The translations under genes were made by a program, and so were the position numbers. From Acidimicrobiia bacterium (GTDB taxonomy: Bacteria; Actinomycetota; Acidimicrobiia; IMCC26256; JAENVU01): DNA of 64,000 nucleotides. Within the stretch, counting starts at the first letter, position 1, and each line of letters begins with the position of its first letter. This document shows, piece after piece, positions 27,093 through 35,838 of the stretch. The stretch spans positions 6,560-70,559 of the forward strand of contig DASXYP010000084.1 of assembly GCA_036502405.1 (NCBI GenBank). The letters run 5' to 3'. Below the pieces are notes generated by a model. That model did no database searches, was not told the DNA's origin, and worked only from the letters and a program-made list of their open reading frames with translations.

Positions 27093-27997
27093 AAGGGGTG
27101 GGGTCGGACGGAGGCCGGGCGCGGCGGCCCGGGACGCTCGCGGTCGGCGGTGCCGGCCTTCCTGGTCTCGGCATCCCGGTACGCGGTCTCCGCAAACCGG
27201 TCGCCGAACACGACCTCGCCCGGGCTGCGACCGTCGACGTGGCCCATCACGCCCTTGTAGAGCCGGTACCCGAGCAGCTCGAGCAGCCGGTCCGAGAACG
27301 TCGCCGCGACGTCGGGCGGGATCGCCAGGTAGTGGTTCTGCTGCTGGCGGACGAACCCCGGGCAGTACTGGACGTTCACCCCGAGCCGCCACTCGTCCGC
27401 GGTCGTGTTCGCGCCACCGCCGTGCCAGAGGCTGCCGTGGAACACCATGACCGAGCCCGCCGGCATCTCGAGCGACCGCACGTCGTGCTCGCCGAGACGG
27501 CCCTTCGGGATGACCGGCATGCGGTGCGAGCCGGGGATGTAGCGCGTGCCGCCGTTGGCCGCGGTGAAGTCGGTGAGCGCCCACATGCTCGTGACCATCA
27601 TCGGCACGTGCGGCCGGGGCAGGTGGCGCGACATCACGATGTCGTCACCGTGCATCGGCTGGGGGTCCTCACCCGGGCCGATGTCGATCGCGGTCATGCC
27701 CGAGAGCAGGCAGCCCGGATCCAGGAGCCGCTCGACGATCGGCAGGACGCTCGGGTGCACCGGCATCGCCTGGAAGACAGGATCCTTCGCGAGCAGGTTG
27801 TACATCCGCAGCGTCGAGTGACCTTCGGCCGCGGTGCCGAGCGGCTCGACGCCGAGCTCGCCCTGCAGGCGGCGGATCGTGTCGAGCAGCGCGACGACCA
27901 GCTCGGGCTCGATCGCGTCCTCGACGATCGTGAAGCCGACGTCGTCGATGCGGGCGAGGTGCTGCGCCAACGTCCTGTCGTCGAGGGTGACCGTCAT
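27065..27997 (-). CDS. Phytanoyl-CoA dioxygenase (PhyH) family Fe(II)/2-oxoglutarate oxygenase
   Basis: PhyH-like layout with an MHGDD (H-x-D) region, YIPGSH and FHGSLWHGGGAN (distal His). The C-terminal ~40 aa are low complexity and overlap a hairpin. Confidence 0.8.
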   Translation of the reverse strand: MTVTLDDRTLAQHLARIDDVGFTIVEDAIEPELVVALLDTIRRLQGELGVEPLGTAAEGHSTLRMYNLLAKDPVFQAMPVHPSVLPIVERLLDPGCLLSGMTAIDIGPGEDPQPMHGDDIVMSRHLPRPHVPMMVTSMWALTDFTAANGGTRYIPGSHRMPVIPKGRLGEHDVRSLEMPAGSVMVFHGSLWHGGGANTTADEWRLGVNVQYCPGFVRQQQNHYLAIPPDVAATFSDRLLELLGYRLYKGVMGHVDGRSPGEVVFGDRFAETAYRDAETRKAGTADRERPGPPRPASVRPHPFRLSEDGAQ

Positions 27998-28026
27998 CGA
28001 GCTGCCTCGTCCGGTTCGGGTCCCGG

Positions 28027-28728
28027 GTGCCAGGATGCGGCGTGCACGTGCTCGACAACCCGGTCTGGCACGCCCTCACCGGTCCGCAGGCCACGGTAGC
28101 GGAAGGCGACGGGCGCGCCGTCCGGTTCGATCCCGAGGTGTCCGTGTTCGGGGCGGTCCCCGACGAACCGACCGGCGAGAGCTGGGACGCGCTCGGCGCA
28201 CTCGTGGGTGCCCGCGGGCACGTGGTCGTCGTCCGCGACGTCGTCCCGGTGCCGCCGGGCTGGACCGAGCGGTTCCGGGCCCCCGGCACGCAGATGGTGT
28301 GCGACCACCCGGCGATCGGCGTGCCCGACGGCCGCGGGACGGAGATCGAGCGACTCGGACCGGCCGACGTCCCGGCGATGATGGACCTCGTCGAGCGCGC
28401 GCAACCCGGCCCGCTGCTCCCCCGCACGATCGAGCTCGGCACGTACCTCGGCGTCCGGGACGGCGGTGCGCTCGTCGCCCTGACGGGCACCCGGCTGCGG
28501 CTCCCCGGCTTCACCGAGATCAGCGCGGTGTGCACCGACGCGGCGCACCGCGGGCACGGGCTGGCCAAGATCCTCGTCGGGCAGCTGGTCGACGAGGTCC
28601 TCGACCGGGGCGAGGTCGCGTGCCTCCACGCGGTCAGCACGAACACGCCCGCGATCCGGCTCTACGAGGCGCTCGGGTTCACCACCCGCCGCGAGATGGA
28701 CTTCGCCCTGCTTGCTCCTCCCGCGTGA
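28027..28728 (+). CDS. GNAT family N-acetyltransferase (FR47-like C-terminal domain)
   Basis: C-terminal AVCTDAAHRGHGLAKILVGQLV...LYEALGF acetyl-CoA binding region. GTG 28042 (SD AGGA 6 nt upstream) is an alternative start. Confidence 0.75.
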   Translation: MPGCGVHVLDNPVWHALTGPQATVAEGDGRAVRFDPEVSVFGAVPDEPTGESWDALGALVGARGHVVVVRDVVPVPPGWTERFRAPGTQMVCDHPAIGVPDGRGTEIERLGPADVPAMMDLVERAQPGPLLPRTIELGTYLGVRDGGALVALTGTRLRLPGFTEISAVCTDAAHRGHGLAKILVGQLVDEVLDRGEVACLHAVSTNTPAIRLYEALGFTTRREMDFALLAPPA

Positions 28729-28783
28729 AGATCCCCGCCGGCCAATCGCCGGAGCCCGACCGAACGCCTGCAGACGGCGGCCC

Positions 28784-28969
28784 CTGAACGGCCCGGGCTC
28801 GTCGCTGCAACCCGCGGGAAGCATCGGCACGAACCCGCCTCACGGCGAGCCCGATTGCCGCCGCTCAGCCTCCTCCCTGAACGGCCCTGGCTCGTCGCTG
28901 CAACCAGCGGGAAGCATCGGCACGAACCCGCCCCGCGGCGAGCCCGATTGCCGCCGCCCAGCCTCCTTC
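28784..28969. repeat. Tandem duplication of a 93-bp self-complementary element (~94% identity)
   Basis: Unit 1 is 28784-28876 and unit 2 is 28877-28969. Each contains CGGGCTCGTCG ... CGGCGAGCCCG (11-bp stem including one G-U; one extra mismatch in unit 2) and an inner GCGGG...CCCGC stem. Confidence 0.9.
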
Positions 28970-29051
28970 CTTCTCGGCCGGGCGGGTTGGCGGCAGCCGG
29001 TGGGTGGCATGATCGGGCAGTAGCTCCGCACGCTTCGAGAAGGGGTCCGCC

Positions 29052-30440
29052 GTGGCCGAGAACCCGTACGAAGACCGCTTCCCCGTCAACCGGACCCTCC
29101 CCGAGCAGGGGCGCCCCCGGGCCGAGATCCTGGCCGAGCTGGCCACCATGGCCCACGAGGAGGACAAGGCCTGGGAGAGCGGCAAGTGCTCCGGGACGAT
29201 GTACTGCGGCGACCACGAGCACTACGCGTTCATGACCGAGGCGTTCGGGCTCTTCGCCCACGTGAACGCGCTCCAGCGCGACATGTGCCCCAGCCAGACG
29301 AAGTTCGAGGGCGAGATCATCGCGATGACCCTCGACCTGCTCCACGCGGAGGCGGTGACCGGCTCGGAGCCCGTCGGTCTCGTCACCACCGGCGGCACCG
29401 GCAGCATCCTCCACGCGATGATCTCCTACCGCGAGCAGGGCGCGGCGAAGGGCGTGACCCGGCCCAACGTCATCAAGCCCGAGACCGCGCATCCGGCGTT
29501 CGACAAGGGATGCCACCTCTTCGGCATCGAGGTGCGCAACGCGCCGGTGGACCCGGACACGCTGCAGGTCGATGTGGCGTGGGTCGCCGACCACGTCGAC
29601 GACAACACCGTCGCCCTCGTCGGCTCGGCGTGCAATTACGGCTACGGCACGATCGATCCGATCGCCGCGCTCTCGGATGTCGCGCTCGAGCACGGGATCG
29701 GCCTGCACGTCGACGGCTGCCTCGGCGGTTGGATCCTGCCGTTCGGCCAGGAGCTCGGCTACGACATCCCGACGTTCGACTTCCGCGTCCCCGGCGTCAC
29801 GAGCATCTCGGCCGACACGCACAAGTACGGCTACGCCTTCAAGGGCACGTCGGTGCTCGCGTTCCGAGACAAGGCGCTGCGCAACGGCCAGTACTTCTTC
29901 CTGACCGGTTGGAGCGGCGGCAAGTACTGCTCGCCGGGCATCGAGGGCTCGCGCTCGGGCGGGCTGCTCGCGGCGACGTGGGCCGCACTCGTGACCCTCG
30001 GCCGTGAGGGGTACCGGGGCTACGCCAAGGCGATCTTCGAGACCGCCGACGTGATGAAGGCCGCGGTGCTGTCCCACCCCGAGCTGCGCATCATGGGCAG
30101 CCCGACGTTCGTCTTCAGCTTCACCTCGGACGAGTTCGACATCTACCACGTCAACGACTTCATGCGGACACGCGGTTGGCGCTTCAACGGCCAGCAGTAC
30201 CCGAACGCGATCCACATGGCCGTGACCCGGCCGCAGACCCAGCCCGGCGTGGCCGAGACGTTCGCGACCGACCTCGCCGACGCGGTCGAGTACGCCAAGG
30301 AGCACGCGAGCGAGGCACCGAAGTCGGGTGCGATCTACGGCGGCGTCGTCGGCGGGCTCACCGAGGAGGCCGACGAGTTCATCCGCGCCGTGATGGCCGA
30401 CATGATGGACAGCCAGCTCACGGTCCTGCCGAAGAGTTGA
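29052..30440 (+). CDS. PLP-dependent group II decarboxylase-fold enzyme, sphingosine-1-phosphate-lyase-like
   Basis: GTG with SD GAAGGGG. GTMYCG, TTGGTGSI and SADTHKYGYAFKG (PLP-lysine motif) match the S1P-lyase/Dpl1 family layout. Confidence 0.8.
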   Translation: MAENPYEDRFPVNRTLPEQGRPRAEILAELATMAHEEDKAWESGKCSGTMYCGDHEHYAFMTEAFGLFAHVNALQRDMCPSQTKFEGEIIAMTLDLLHAEAVTGSEPVGLVTTGGTGSILHAMISYREQGAAKGVTRPNVIKPETAHPAFDKGCHLFGIEVRNAPVDPDTLQVDVAWVADHVDDNTVALVGSACNYGYGTIDPIAALSDVALEHGIGLHVDGCLGGWILPFGQELGYDIPTFDFRVPGVTSISADTHKYGYAFKGTSVLAFRDKALRNGQYFFLTGWSGGKYCSPGIEGSRSGGLLAATWAALVTLGREGYRGYAKAIFETADVMKAAVLSHPELRIMGSPTFVFSFTSDEFDIYHVNDFMRTRGWRFNGQQYPNAIHMAVTRPQTQPGVAETFATDLADAVEYAKEHASEAPKSGAIYGGVVGGLTEEADEFIRAVMADMMDSQLTVLPKS

Positions 30441-32035
30441 GCGACCCCTTACCGGCGACGACCGCGGATCGCGCGGAGCGCTTCGTCCTCGCGGTCGATC
30501 TCGGCACCGGGGGGCCCAAGGTCGGCCTGGTCTCGCTGACCGGACGCGTCGCGTGGAGCGGCCACTCCCCGGTCGAGACCCACCTGCTCCCCGGGGGCGG
30601 TGCGGTGCAGGACGCGGCGGAGTGGTGGGAGCTGATCCGCGACGCGGCACGACAGGCGATCGCGTCCGGCGCGGTCCGCCCCGAGCAGGTCGAGGCCGTG
30701 AGCTGCACCGGCCAGTGGTCGAGCACCGTTCCGGTGGACGCGGGGGGCACGCCCGTCGGCCCGTGCGTCCTCTGGATGGACAGCCGGGGCGCCCCGTACG
30801 CGAAGCGGGTCATCGCCGGCCCGGTAGCCGGGTACGCGCCGGTGCCCCTCGCGGTGTGGGTGCGCCGGACCGCGGGCGCGCCCTCCACGACGGGGGCGGA
30901 CCCGATCGGCCACATGCTGCACCTCATCCACGACGAGCCCGAGGTGACGCGCTCGGCGCGCTGGTTCCTGGAGCCGGTCGACTACCTCTCGATGCGGTTC
31001 ACCGGGGTCGCCACCGCGTCGCACGCGTCGATGACGGGAGCGTGGCTCACCGACAACCGGGACCTCGAGCGACTCGACTACGACGCCGATCTCGTCCGCC
31101 GGTCGGGTGTGAGCGCCGAGCGCCTGCCGCCGCTCCGGGCGACCGGGTCGGTCGTCGGCACCGTGATGCCCGAGGTGGCGCGGTCCCTCGGCCTGCGCGA
31201 CGGCGTCCAGGTCGTCGCGGGGACCCCGGACCTGCACTCCGGTGCGGTCGGTGCCGGCACGGTCCTCGACTACGAGACCCACCTCGCGATCAGCACCACG
31301 TCGTGGATCGGCTGCTCCGTCCCGTTCAAGAAGACCGACGTGCTCCACCAGATCGCGACCGTTCCCGGCCTCACCCCCGATCGCTACCTGGTCGCGAACA
31401 ACCACGAGACCGGGGGCGCGTGCCTGCAGTGGCTGCGGGACCAGGTCATCGCCCCGGCCGACGGCCTCGGGCCGGCCGCGCCACCGGCCTACGCCGCGCT
31501 GACCCGCGCCGCGGCGTCCGTCGCGCCCGGCGCGGGTGACGTCCTGTTCACGCCGTGGCTCTCGGGCGAGCGCTCCCCCGTCGACGACCGGTACGCCCGC
31601 GGCGGCTTCCACAACCTCTCCCTCGCGACCACGCGCCCGCACCTGGTCCGCGCGGTGCTCGAGGGTGTCGCGTACAACAGCCGCTGGCTGCACCGCGCGG
31701 TCGAGCAGTTCACCAAGCGTCGGCTGGACCACCTGCGGTTCATCGGCGGCGGCGCGCAGTCCGATCTGTGGTGCCAGATCCACGCCGACGTGCTGGACCG
31801 CACGATCGAGCGCGTCGCCGACCCGGTCGACGCCAACCTGCGTGGCGCGGCGCTGCTCGCCGGGCTCGCGCTCGGCGCGGTGCGCCAGGGCGAGGTGCGG
31901 GACCTCGTGGAGGTGGACGCGACGTTCCGCCCCGACCACGGCACCCGCGCGACCTACGACCGCCTCTTCGCCGAGTTCCCGAAGCTCTACAAGGCCCAGA
32001 AGTCGATGTTCCGCCGGCTCAACGAGCCGGAGTGA
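30437..32035 (+). CDS. FGGY-family carbohydrate kinase (xylulokinase-like)
   Basis: TTG start overlaps the upstream stop (TTGA). LAVDLGTGGPKVG phosphate-1 motif, later GTPDLHSGAVGAG and FIGGGAQSDLWCQIHADV. The upstream part of the track ORF lies inside the previous gene. Confidence 0.85.
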   Translation: MSDPLPATTADRAERFVLAVDLGTGGPKVGLVSLTGRVAWSGHSPVETHLLPGGGAVQDAAEWWELIRDAARQAIASGAVRPEQVEAVSCTGQWSSTVPVDAGGTPVGPCVLWMDSRGAPYAKRVIAGPVAGYAPVPLAVWVRRTAGAPSTTGADPIGHMLHLIHDEPEVTRSARWFLEPVDYLSMRFTGVATASHASMTGAWLTDNRDLERLDYDADLVRRSGVSAERLPPLRATGSVVGTVMPEVARSLGLRDGVQVVAGTPDLHSGAVGAGTVLDYETHLAISTTSWIGCSVPFKKTDVLHQIATVPGLTPDRYLVANNHETGGACLQWLRDQVIAPADGLGPAAPPAYAALTRAAASVAPGAGDVLFTPWLSGERSPVDDRYARGGFHNLSLATTRPHLVRAVLEGVAYNSRWLHRAVEQFTKRRLDHLRFIGGGAQSDLWCQIHADVLDRTIERVADPVDANLRGAALLAGLALGAVRQGEVRDLVEVDATFRPDHGTRATYDRLFAEFPKLYKAQKSMFRRLNEPE

Positions 32036-32036
32036 G

Positions 32037-32933
32037 CTACGAAGCGGTGCCCACCAAGGACTGCGTGACCCGCGCCGCGACCTTCTTCAGCCGCTCCATG
32101 TAGCGCAACAGCCGGTCGCGCGCTTCCTCGGCTTCGGCGTTCAGGCCTTCGATCTCGGCCAGGCGCCAGTGGGTGAAGATCACCGGCTGGAGCACCTTCT
32201 CGAGGAAGATGTTGTAGTCGTAGATCCCGGCTGCGGCGATGAGGCGCGCGTGCTTCGCGTAGTCCGGGATGCCGGTGCCGGGCATCGTGAACCCGCGCAC
32301 CACGCGGTCCATCGCGACGACCATGGTCGACGGGTCGAGCTCGATCGCCGCGCTCGCGAGGTCGCGGTAGAACAAGTAGTGGAGGTTCTCGTCGTTCGAG
32401 ACCCGCGCCATGATCGCCTGGCCCGCCGGGTCCTCGAGGAAGTTTCCCGTGTTGCGGTGGGCAAGGCGCGTCGCGAGCTCCTGGAGCGTCGTGTAGCAGA
32501 GCGCGTCGGGGAGGTAGTCGAGCTCGGGGGTCACGCCGGTGGCGACCTGTTGCATGCGCCCCCGCTCGAGCGCGACCGGGTCGATGGCCCGCGACACCAT
32601 GAGGTAGTCGCGGATCACGATGGCGTGGCGACCCTCTTCGGCGGTCCACCGCCGGGTCCACTCGCCCCACACGCCGTCACGGCCGAAGCCGCTCAGCGTG
32701 CGGAAGTAGTACGGCAGGTTGTCCTCGGTCAGGAGGTTGACGAAGAGGGCGCTGCGCGCGGCCGAGTCCGAGCAGTCCGCCGGGTCCCACCACTCCTCAC
32801 GCGAGACGAAGTCGCGGGCTCGGCCCCACGGCACGTACTCGTGGGGGAACCACTCGACCGCAGTCGAGATGTGCCGGTCGAGGAGGCGGGCCACGACGGG
32901 CTCCAGCTCCTCTTCGAGTGTCTGAGTCTGCAC
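32037..32933 (-). CDS. Soluble di-iron acyl-ACP desaturase (DesA1/DesA2-like)
   Basis: Di-iron ligand motifs WTAEEGRH and NDENLH. The N-terminus LEEELEPVV aligns with the DesA type. GTG 32933 is preceded by GGGGG 9 nt upstream. The long upstream extension of the track ORF is Arg/Pro-rich. Confidence 0.85.
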   Translation of the reverse strand: MQTQTLEEELEPVVARLLDRHISTAVEWFPHEYVPWGRARDFVSREEWWDPADCSDSAARSALFVNLLTEDNLPYYFRTLSGFGRDGVWGEWTRRWTAEEGRHAIVIRDYLMVSRAIDPVALERGRMQQVATGVTPELDYLPDALCYTTLQELATRLAHRNTGNFLEDPAGQAIMARVSNDENLHYLFYRDLASAAIELDPSTMVVAMDRVVRGFTMPGTGIPDYAKHARLIAAAGIYDYNIFLEKVLQPVIFTHWRLAEIEGLNAEAEEARDRLLRYMERLKKVAARVTQSLVGTAS

Positions 32934-33026
32934 AGGGAGGACCCCCACATCGTTGCGGTCACGCCAGCCCCGGGTCGTGACTGCGCCGTCGGGTGATGCG
33001 CGGCGCCCCCGAGCCGCATCCCTCCA

Positions 33027-33044
33027 CCCTACGCGCGCGTAGGG
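33027..33044. promoter_or_regulatory. 18-bp perfect palindrome in the desaturase / GAF-ANTAR divergent region
   Basis: CCCTACGCGCGCGTAGGG. Confidence 0.4.
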
Positions 33045-33271
33045 AGTCGCGCGAGAACCCGGCGTGAACGTACGGAGAACCACCACGACGACCGCGTGGC
33101 CGCGCGCGGGATTGGGAGAGCCGCCCAGACGGAGACCGCATCCCAGGACGCGCCAATGTTTGAACCGCGGGCCGGCGCGGCATGCTCGGGTCGGTCCGCC
33201 GAGCCCCCGCGCGCGCCGCACGGGGGGTCCCGCGCGGAGACGGCGAGAGCGGACGACGCGAAGGGAGCGGG

Positions 33272-34003
33272 GTGACCGACCGGGACGAGCGCCTCGCGCG
33301 GACGTTCGTCGAGGCCGCCGACACGCTCGGTACGCCCTTCGACCTCCCGCGGTTCCTGTCGGGGCTCGCACGTCGCTGCGTCGAGCTCTTCGAGACGGTC
33401 GAAGCCGCGGTCCTGGTCGACGCCGGGTCCGGCTCGCCGGTCGTGGCGTCGTCCTGTGACGAGGGCGAGCGGCTCTCACGCCTCGAGGTGCACCACGACC
33501 ACGGTCCCGCGGTCGACTCCTACCGCACCGGCGCACCGGTGCGCTGCAACGATCTCAGCGCGGCGTCCGAGCGCTGGCCCGCGTTCGCGCCCGAGGCGCA
33601 TGCCGCGGGCTTCTCCTCGGCCCACGCCCTGCCGATGCGCATGCACGACGAGGTCATCGGCGCGCTCACCCTGCTGGCCCGCCCGCAACGGGCGATCGAC
33701 CCGCCCGACCTGACGACGGCGCAGGCGGTCGCCGACGTCGCGACGATCAGCATCCTGCAGCAGCGAGCGATGGTGGCGGCCCAGGTGCTCGCCGGGCAGC
33801 TCCAGCACGCGCTCGACAGCCGGGTCACCATCGAGCAGGCCAAGGGCGTGCTGTCGGAGCGCACCGGGCTCGACGCCGAGGCCGCGTTCGCCGCGCTGCG
33901 CCGCTTCGCCCGCAACCACAACCTCCGCCTCGGCGACGTCGCCCGCGGTGTGGTCGAGCGGACCCTGGCGACCGACGCGATCACCCCGGTCTCCGGCCAC
34001 TGA
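33272..34003 (+). CDS. GAF-domain / ANTAR-domain RNA-binding regulator
   Basis: C-terminal ANTAR signature IEQAKGVLSERTGLDAEAAFAALRRFARNHNLRLGDVA with an N-terminal GAF-like region. GTG 33272 with GGGAG upstream. Confidence 0.85.
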   Translation: MTDRDERLARTFVEAADTLGTPFDLPRFLSGLARRCVELFETVEAAVLVDAGSGSPVVASSCDEGERLSRLEVHHDHGPAVDSYRTGAPVRCNDLSAASERWPAFAPEAHAAGFSSAHALPMRMHDEVIGALTLLARPQRAIDPPDLTTAQAVADVATISILQQRAMVAAQVLAGQLQHALDSRVTIEQAKGVLSERTGLDAEAAFAALRRFARNHNLRLGDVARGVVERTLATDAITPVSGH

Positions 34004-34097
34004 CCCATCGGCGCGCCGGGCCGAGCGGGTCAGGGAAGCGCTCGAGTCGTCGTAGGGTTGCAGCAGGCAGTCGCACCGCCGCTGAAGGGAGCTCTCG

Positions 34098-34544
34098 ATG
34101 CAGGTCAAGGAGCTGGGTCACGTCGTCCTGTACGTGCGCGACCTCGAGCGGTCCCGATGGTTCTACGGCGACGTCCTGGGCTTCCCGGAGCTCCCGGGCG
34201 GGATGCCGGGTGCGGCCGCGTTCTCGACCGGCCGGACTCATCACGAGCTGCTGCTGATCGAGGTCGGCGCGGACGCCACACCGATCCCGGCCGGCCGGCG
34301 GGTGGGGATGTACCACCTCGGCCTCAAGATCGGGGACACCGACGACGAGCTTCGCGCTGCGCTCGCCGAGCTGCAGGCGGCGGGGGTCGACGTCGTGGGC
34401 GCGAGCGATCACACGGTGACGCACAGCCTCTACCTGCTCGACCCGGACGGCAACGAGGTCGAGCTCTACGTCGACGTCGAGGCGGCCGACTGGCGCTCCG
34501 ACCCGGCCCTCTTCAACGCCCCGATCAAGCCCCTGCGCCTGTAG
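34098..34544 (+). CDS. VOC (glyoxalase/bleomycin-resistance/extradiol dioxygenase) family protein
   Basis: LGHVVLYVRDLERSRWFY and HSLYLLDPDGNEVELY paired beta-alpha-beta-beta-beta motifs. Confidence 0.85.
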   Translation: MQVKELGHVVLYVRDLERSRWFYGDVLGFPELPGGMPGAAAFSTGRTHHELLLIEVGADATPIPAGRRVGMYHLGLKIGDTDDELRAALAELQAAGVDVVGASDHTVTHSLYLLDPDGNEVELYVDVEAADWRSDPALFNAPIKPLRL

Positions 34545-34553
34545 GGACGCGGC

Positions 34554-35057
34554 TCAGGTCCCTTCGAGGTCCGGGAGCGCGAGGTACTCGTCCCAGGTCA
34601 GCGTCTCCCCGACGAACCGCGCGTCGGTGAAGGGCCAGGCGGTTGCGATCCAGGCCGGCACCTCGTCCCGCAGTGCGGACGCGAGCGCGCCGTCCACCTC
34701 GGCGTCGACCACCCACCAGGAGATGTCTGCGTCGGCGCCGATCTTCTCGGGCGGATCGACGTAGACGCAGCCGAGCAGCACGGTCTCGTCCCGGTCGAAC
34801 ACCGCGTAGTTGAACGACGCGAGCGCCACCATCTCGTCCGCGTGCCGGACCAGCTCGGCGCGGTCCTGCTCGTAGCTCAGTGGGTCGGGCGGCCAGCCCC
34901 AGGCGCGCCCGAAGATCGAGAACAGCCGGGTCCGAGACCCCATCACCGCCGCGTAGTCGAGATCCACGTCCGAGGCCCGGATCGGGCGCAGGTGATGGCC
35001 GCTCGGAAGCTCGAGACCGGCAGGAGGGGTGAACGTCGCGGCGAGCCAGGGGCTCAC
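34554..35057 (-). CDS. GNAT-like acetyltransferase-fold protein (putative)
   Basis: GTG start overlaps the upstream stop (GTGA). The 167-aa product (LRPIRASDVDLDYAAVM...) resembles small actinobacterial GNAT-like proteins. The family call is tentative. Confidence 0.55.
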   Translation of the reverse strand: MSPWLAATFTPPAGLELPSGHHLRPIRASDVDLDYAAVMGSRTRLFSIFGRAWGWPPDPLSYEQDRAELVRHADEMVALASFNYAVFDRDETVLLGCVYVDPPEKIGADADISWWVVDAEVDGALASALRDEVPAWIATAWPFTDARFVGETLTWDEYLALPDLEGT

Positions 35058-35833
35058 GGGGAGACGAGGTCGCCGGTGTTCGACCGGACCGTGGCCCACC
35101 GGCGCGCCCCCATGGCGAAGACCGCGGTGAGCACCACGCCGACGGCGACCGCGACCTCGCGCCCGCCGATCGCGCCCGCGGCGATGGTCGCGACGACGAG
35201 CAGGACCACGATGACCAGCTGCCGGCTCGCGGCGGACCGCGTGTCGAAGCGGCGGTGGAACGCGATCAGGCGGTCGGGGGTGGTCAGCCGCGCGCCGGGC
35301 AGGACGCCGAGCCCGCGCGTGAACCCGAACAGCGTGCCGAGCGCGAGCGCGACCCACGGGTTGCCGGTCAGCGCGGCCATCGCCACCAGCAGCACGAGCG
35401 CCGAGGTCATGATGTAGGTGGCGAAGCCGAGCCCGATCTGGAAGCCGAAGCCTCCGCCGTAGACCCAGGACCGGTAGTCGTCGAGCCAGAGCTCGTTCAC
35501 CTGGCGCCGGTGGTACGGGATCCGCACGCCGAACAGCCCGGCGTCGGCGACGGCTGCGGCGACCGCGAGCACCGCCGCGGCGGCGAGCGCGCCGTCGGCG
35601 CTGACGCCGAGGAGCCCGATGACGAGCGCGAGCACGGCGGCGCCGAGCCCGAGCGTGGCGCCGCCCAGCGTCGCGCCGATGACGAACCACGTCGCGGTCG
35701 TGCGGAACCGGTTCCCGCGTCCCGCCTCGCCGAGCGGGGTGATCGTCGAGAGCATCGACTGCCCGCACGGGGACCACGTGGAGCGGACCGCCGCGGCGAT
35801 CGCGACGGCTCCGGCGAGCGCGGCGAGCAGCAC
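35054..35833 (-). CDS. Polytopic integral membrane protein, function unknown
   Basis: About 7 hydrophobic helices with a single conserved-looking WSPCG motif. GTG 35833 is the first start after the cyclase stop (35839). Confidence 0.55.
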   Translation of the reverse strand: MLLAALAGAVAIAAAVRSTWSPCGQSMLSTITPLGEAGRGNRFRTTATWFVIGATLGGATLGLGAAVLALVIGLLGVSADGALAAAAVLAVAAAVADAGLFGVRIPYHRRQVNELWLDDYRSWVYGGGFGFQIGLGFATYIMTSALVLLVAMAALTGNPWVALALGTLFGFTRGLGVLPGARLTTPDRLIAFHRRFDTRSAASRQLVIVVLLVVATIAAGAIGGREVAVAVGVVLTAVFAMGARRWATVRSNTGDLVSP

Positions 35834-35838
35834 GCCGG

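Noticed and set aside
28784-28969. Possible CRISPR array or tandem glycine-type riboswitch.
   Set aside because: There are only two directly abutting 93-bp units with no spacers and no cas genes. No glycine, THF, ZTP, SAM or other riboswitch core that I can recognise is present.
28712-29023. 103-aa ORF translating the 93-bp tandem repeats as a repeated peptide (LNGPGSSLQPAGSIGTNPP...).
   Set aside because: The repeat period is a multiple of 3 and so keeps the frame open. The ORF starts inside the GNAT gene 3' end, has no SD, and its composition is not protein-like. The repeats have strong internal base-pairing instead.
32934-33271. Canonical ANTAR dual-hexaloop target in the desaturase leader.
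   Set aside because: I found hairpins and a palindrome but could not identify two adjacent stem-loops with A-x-x-G hexaloops by eye. Not called as a feature.
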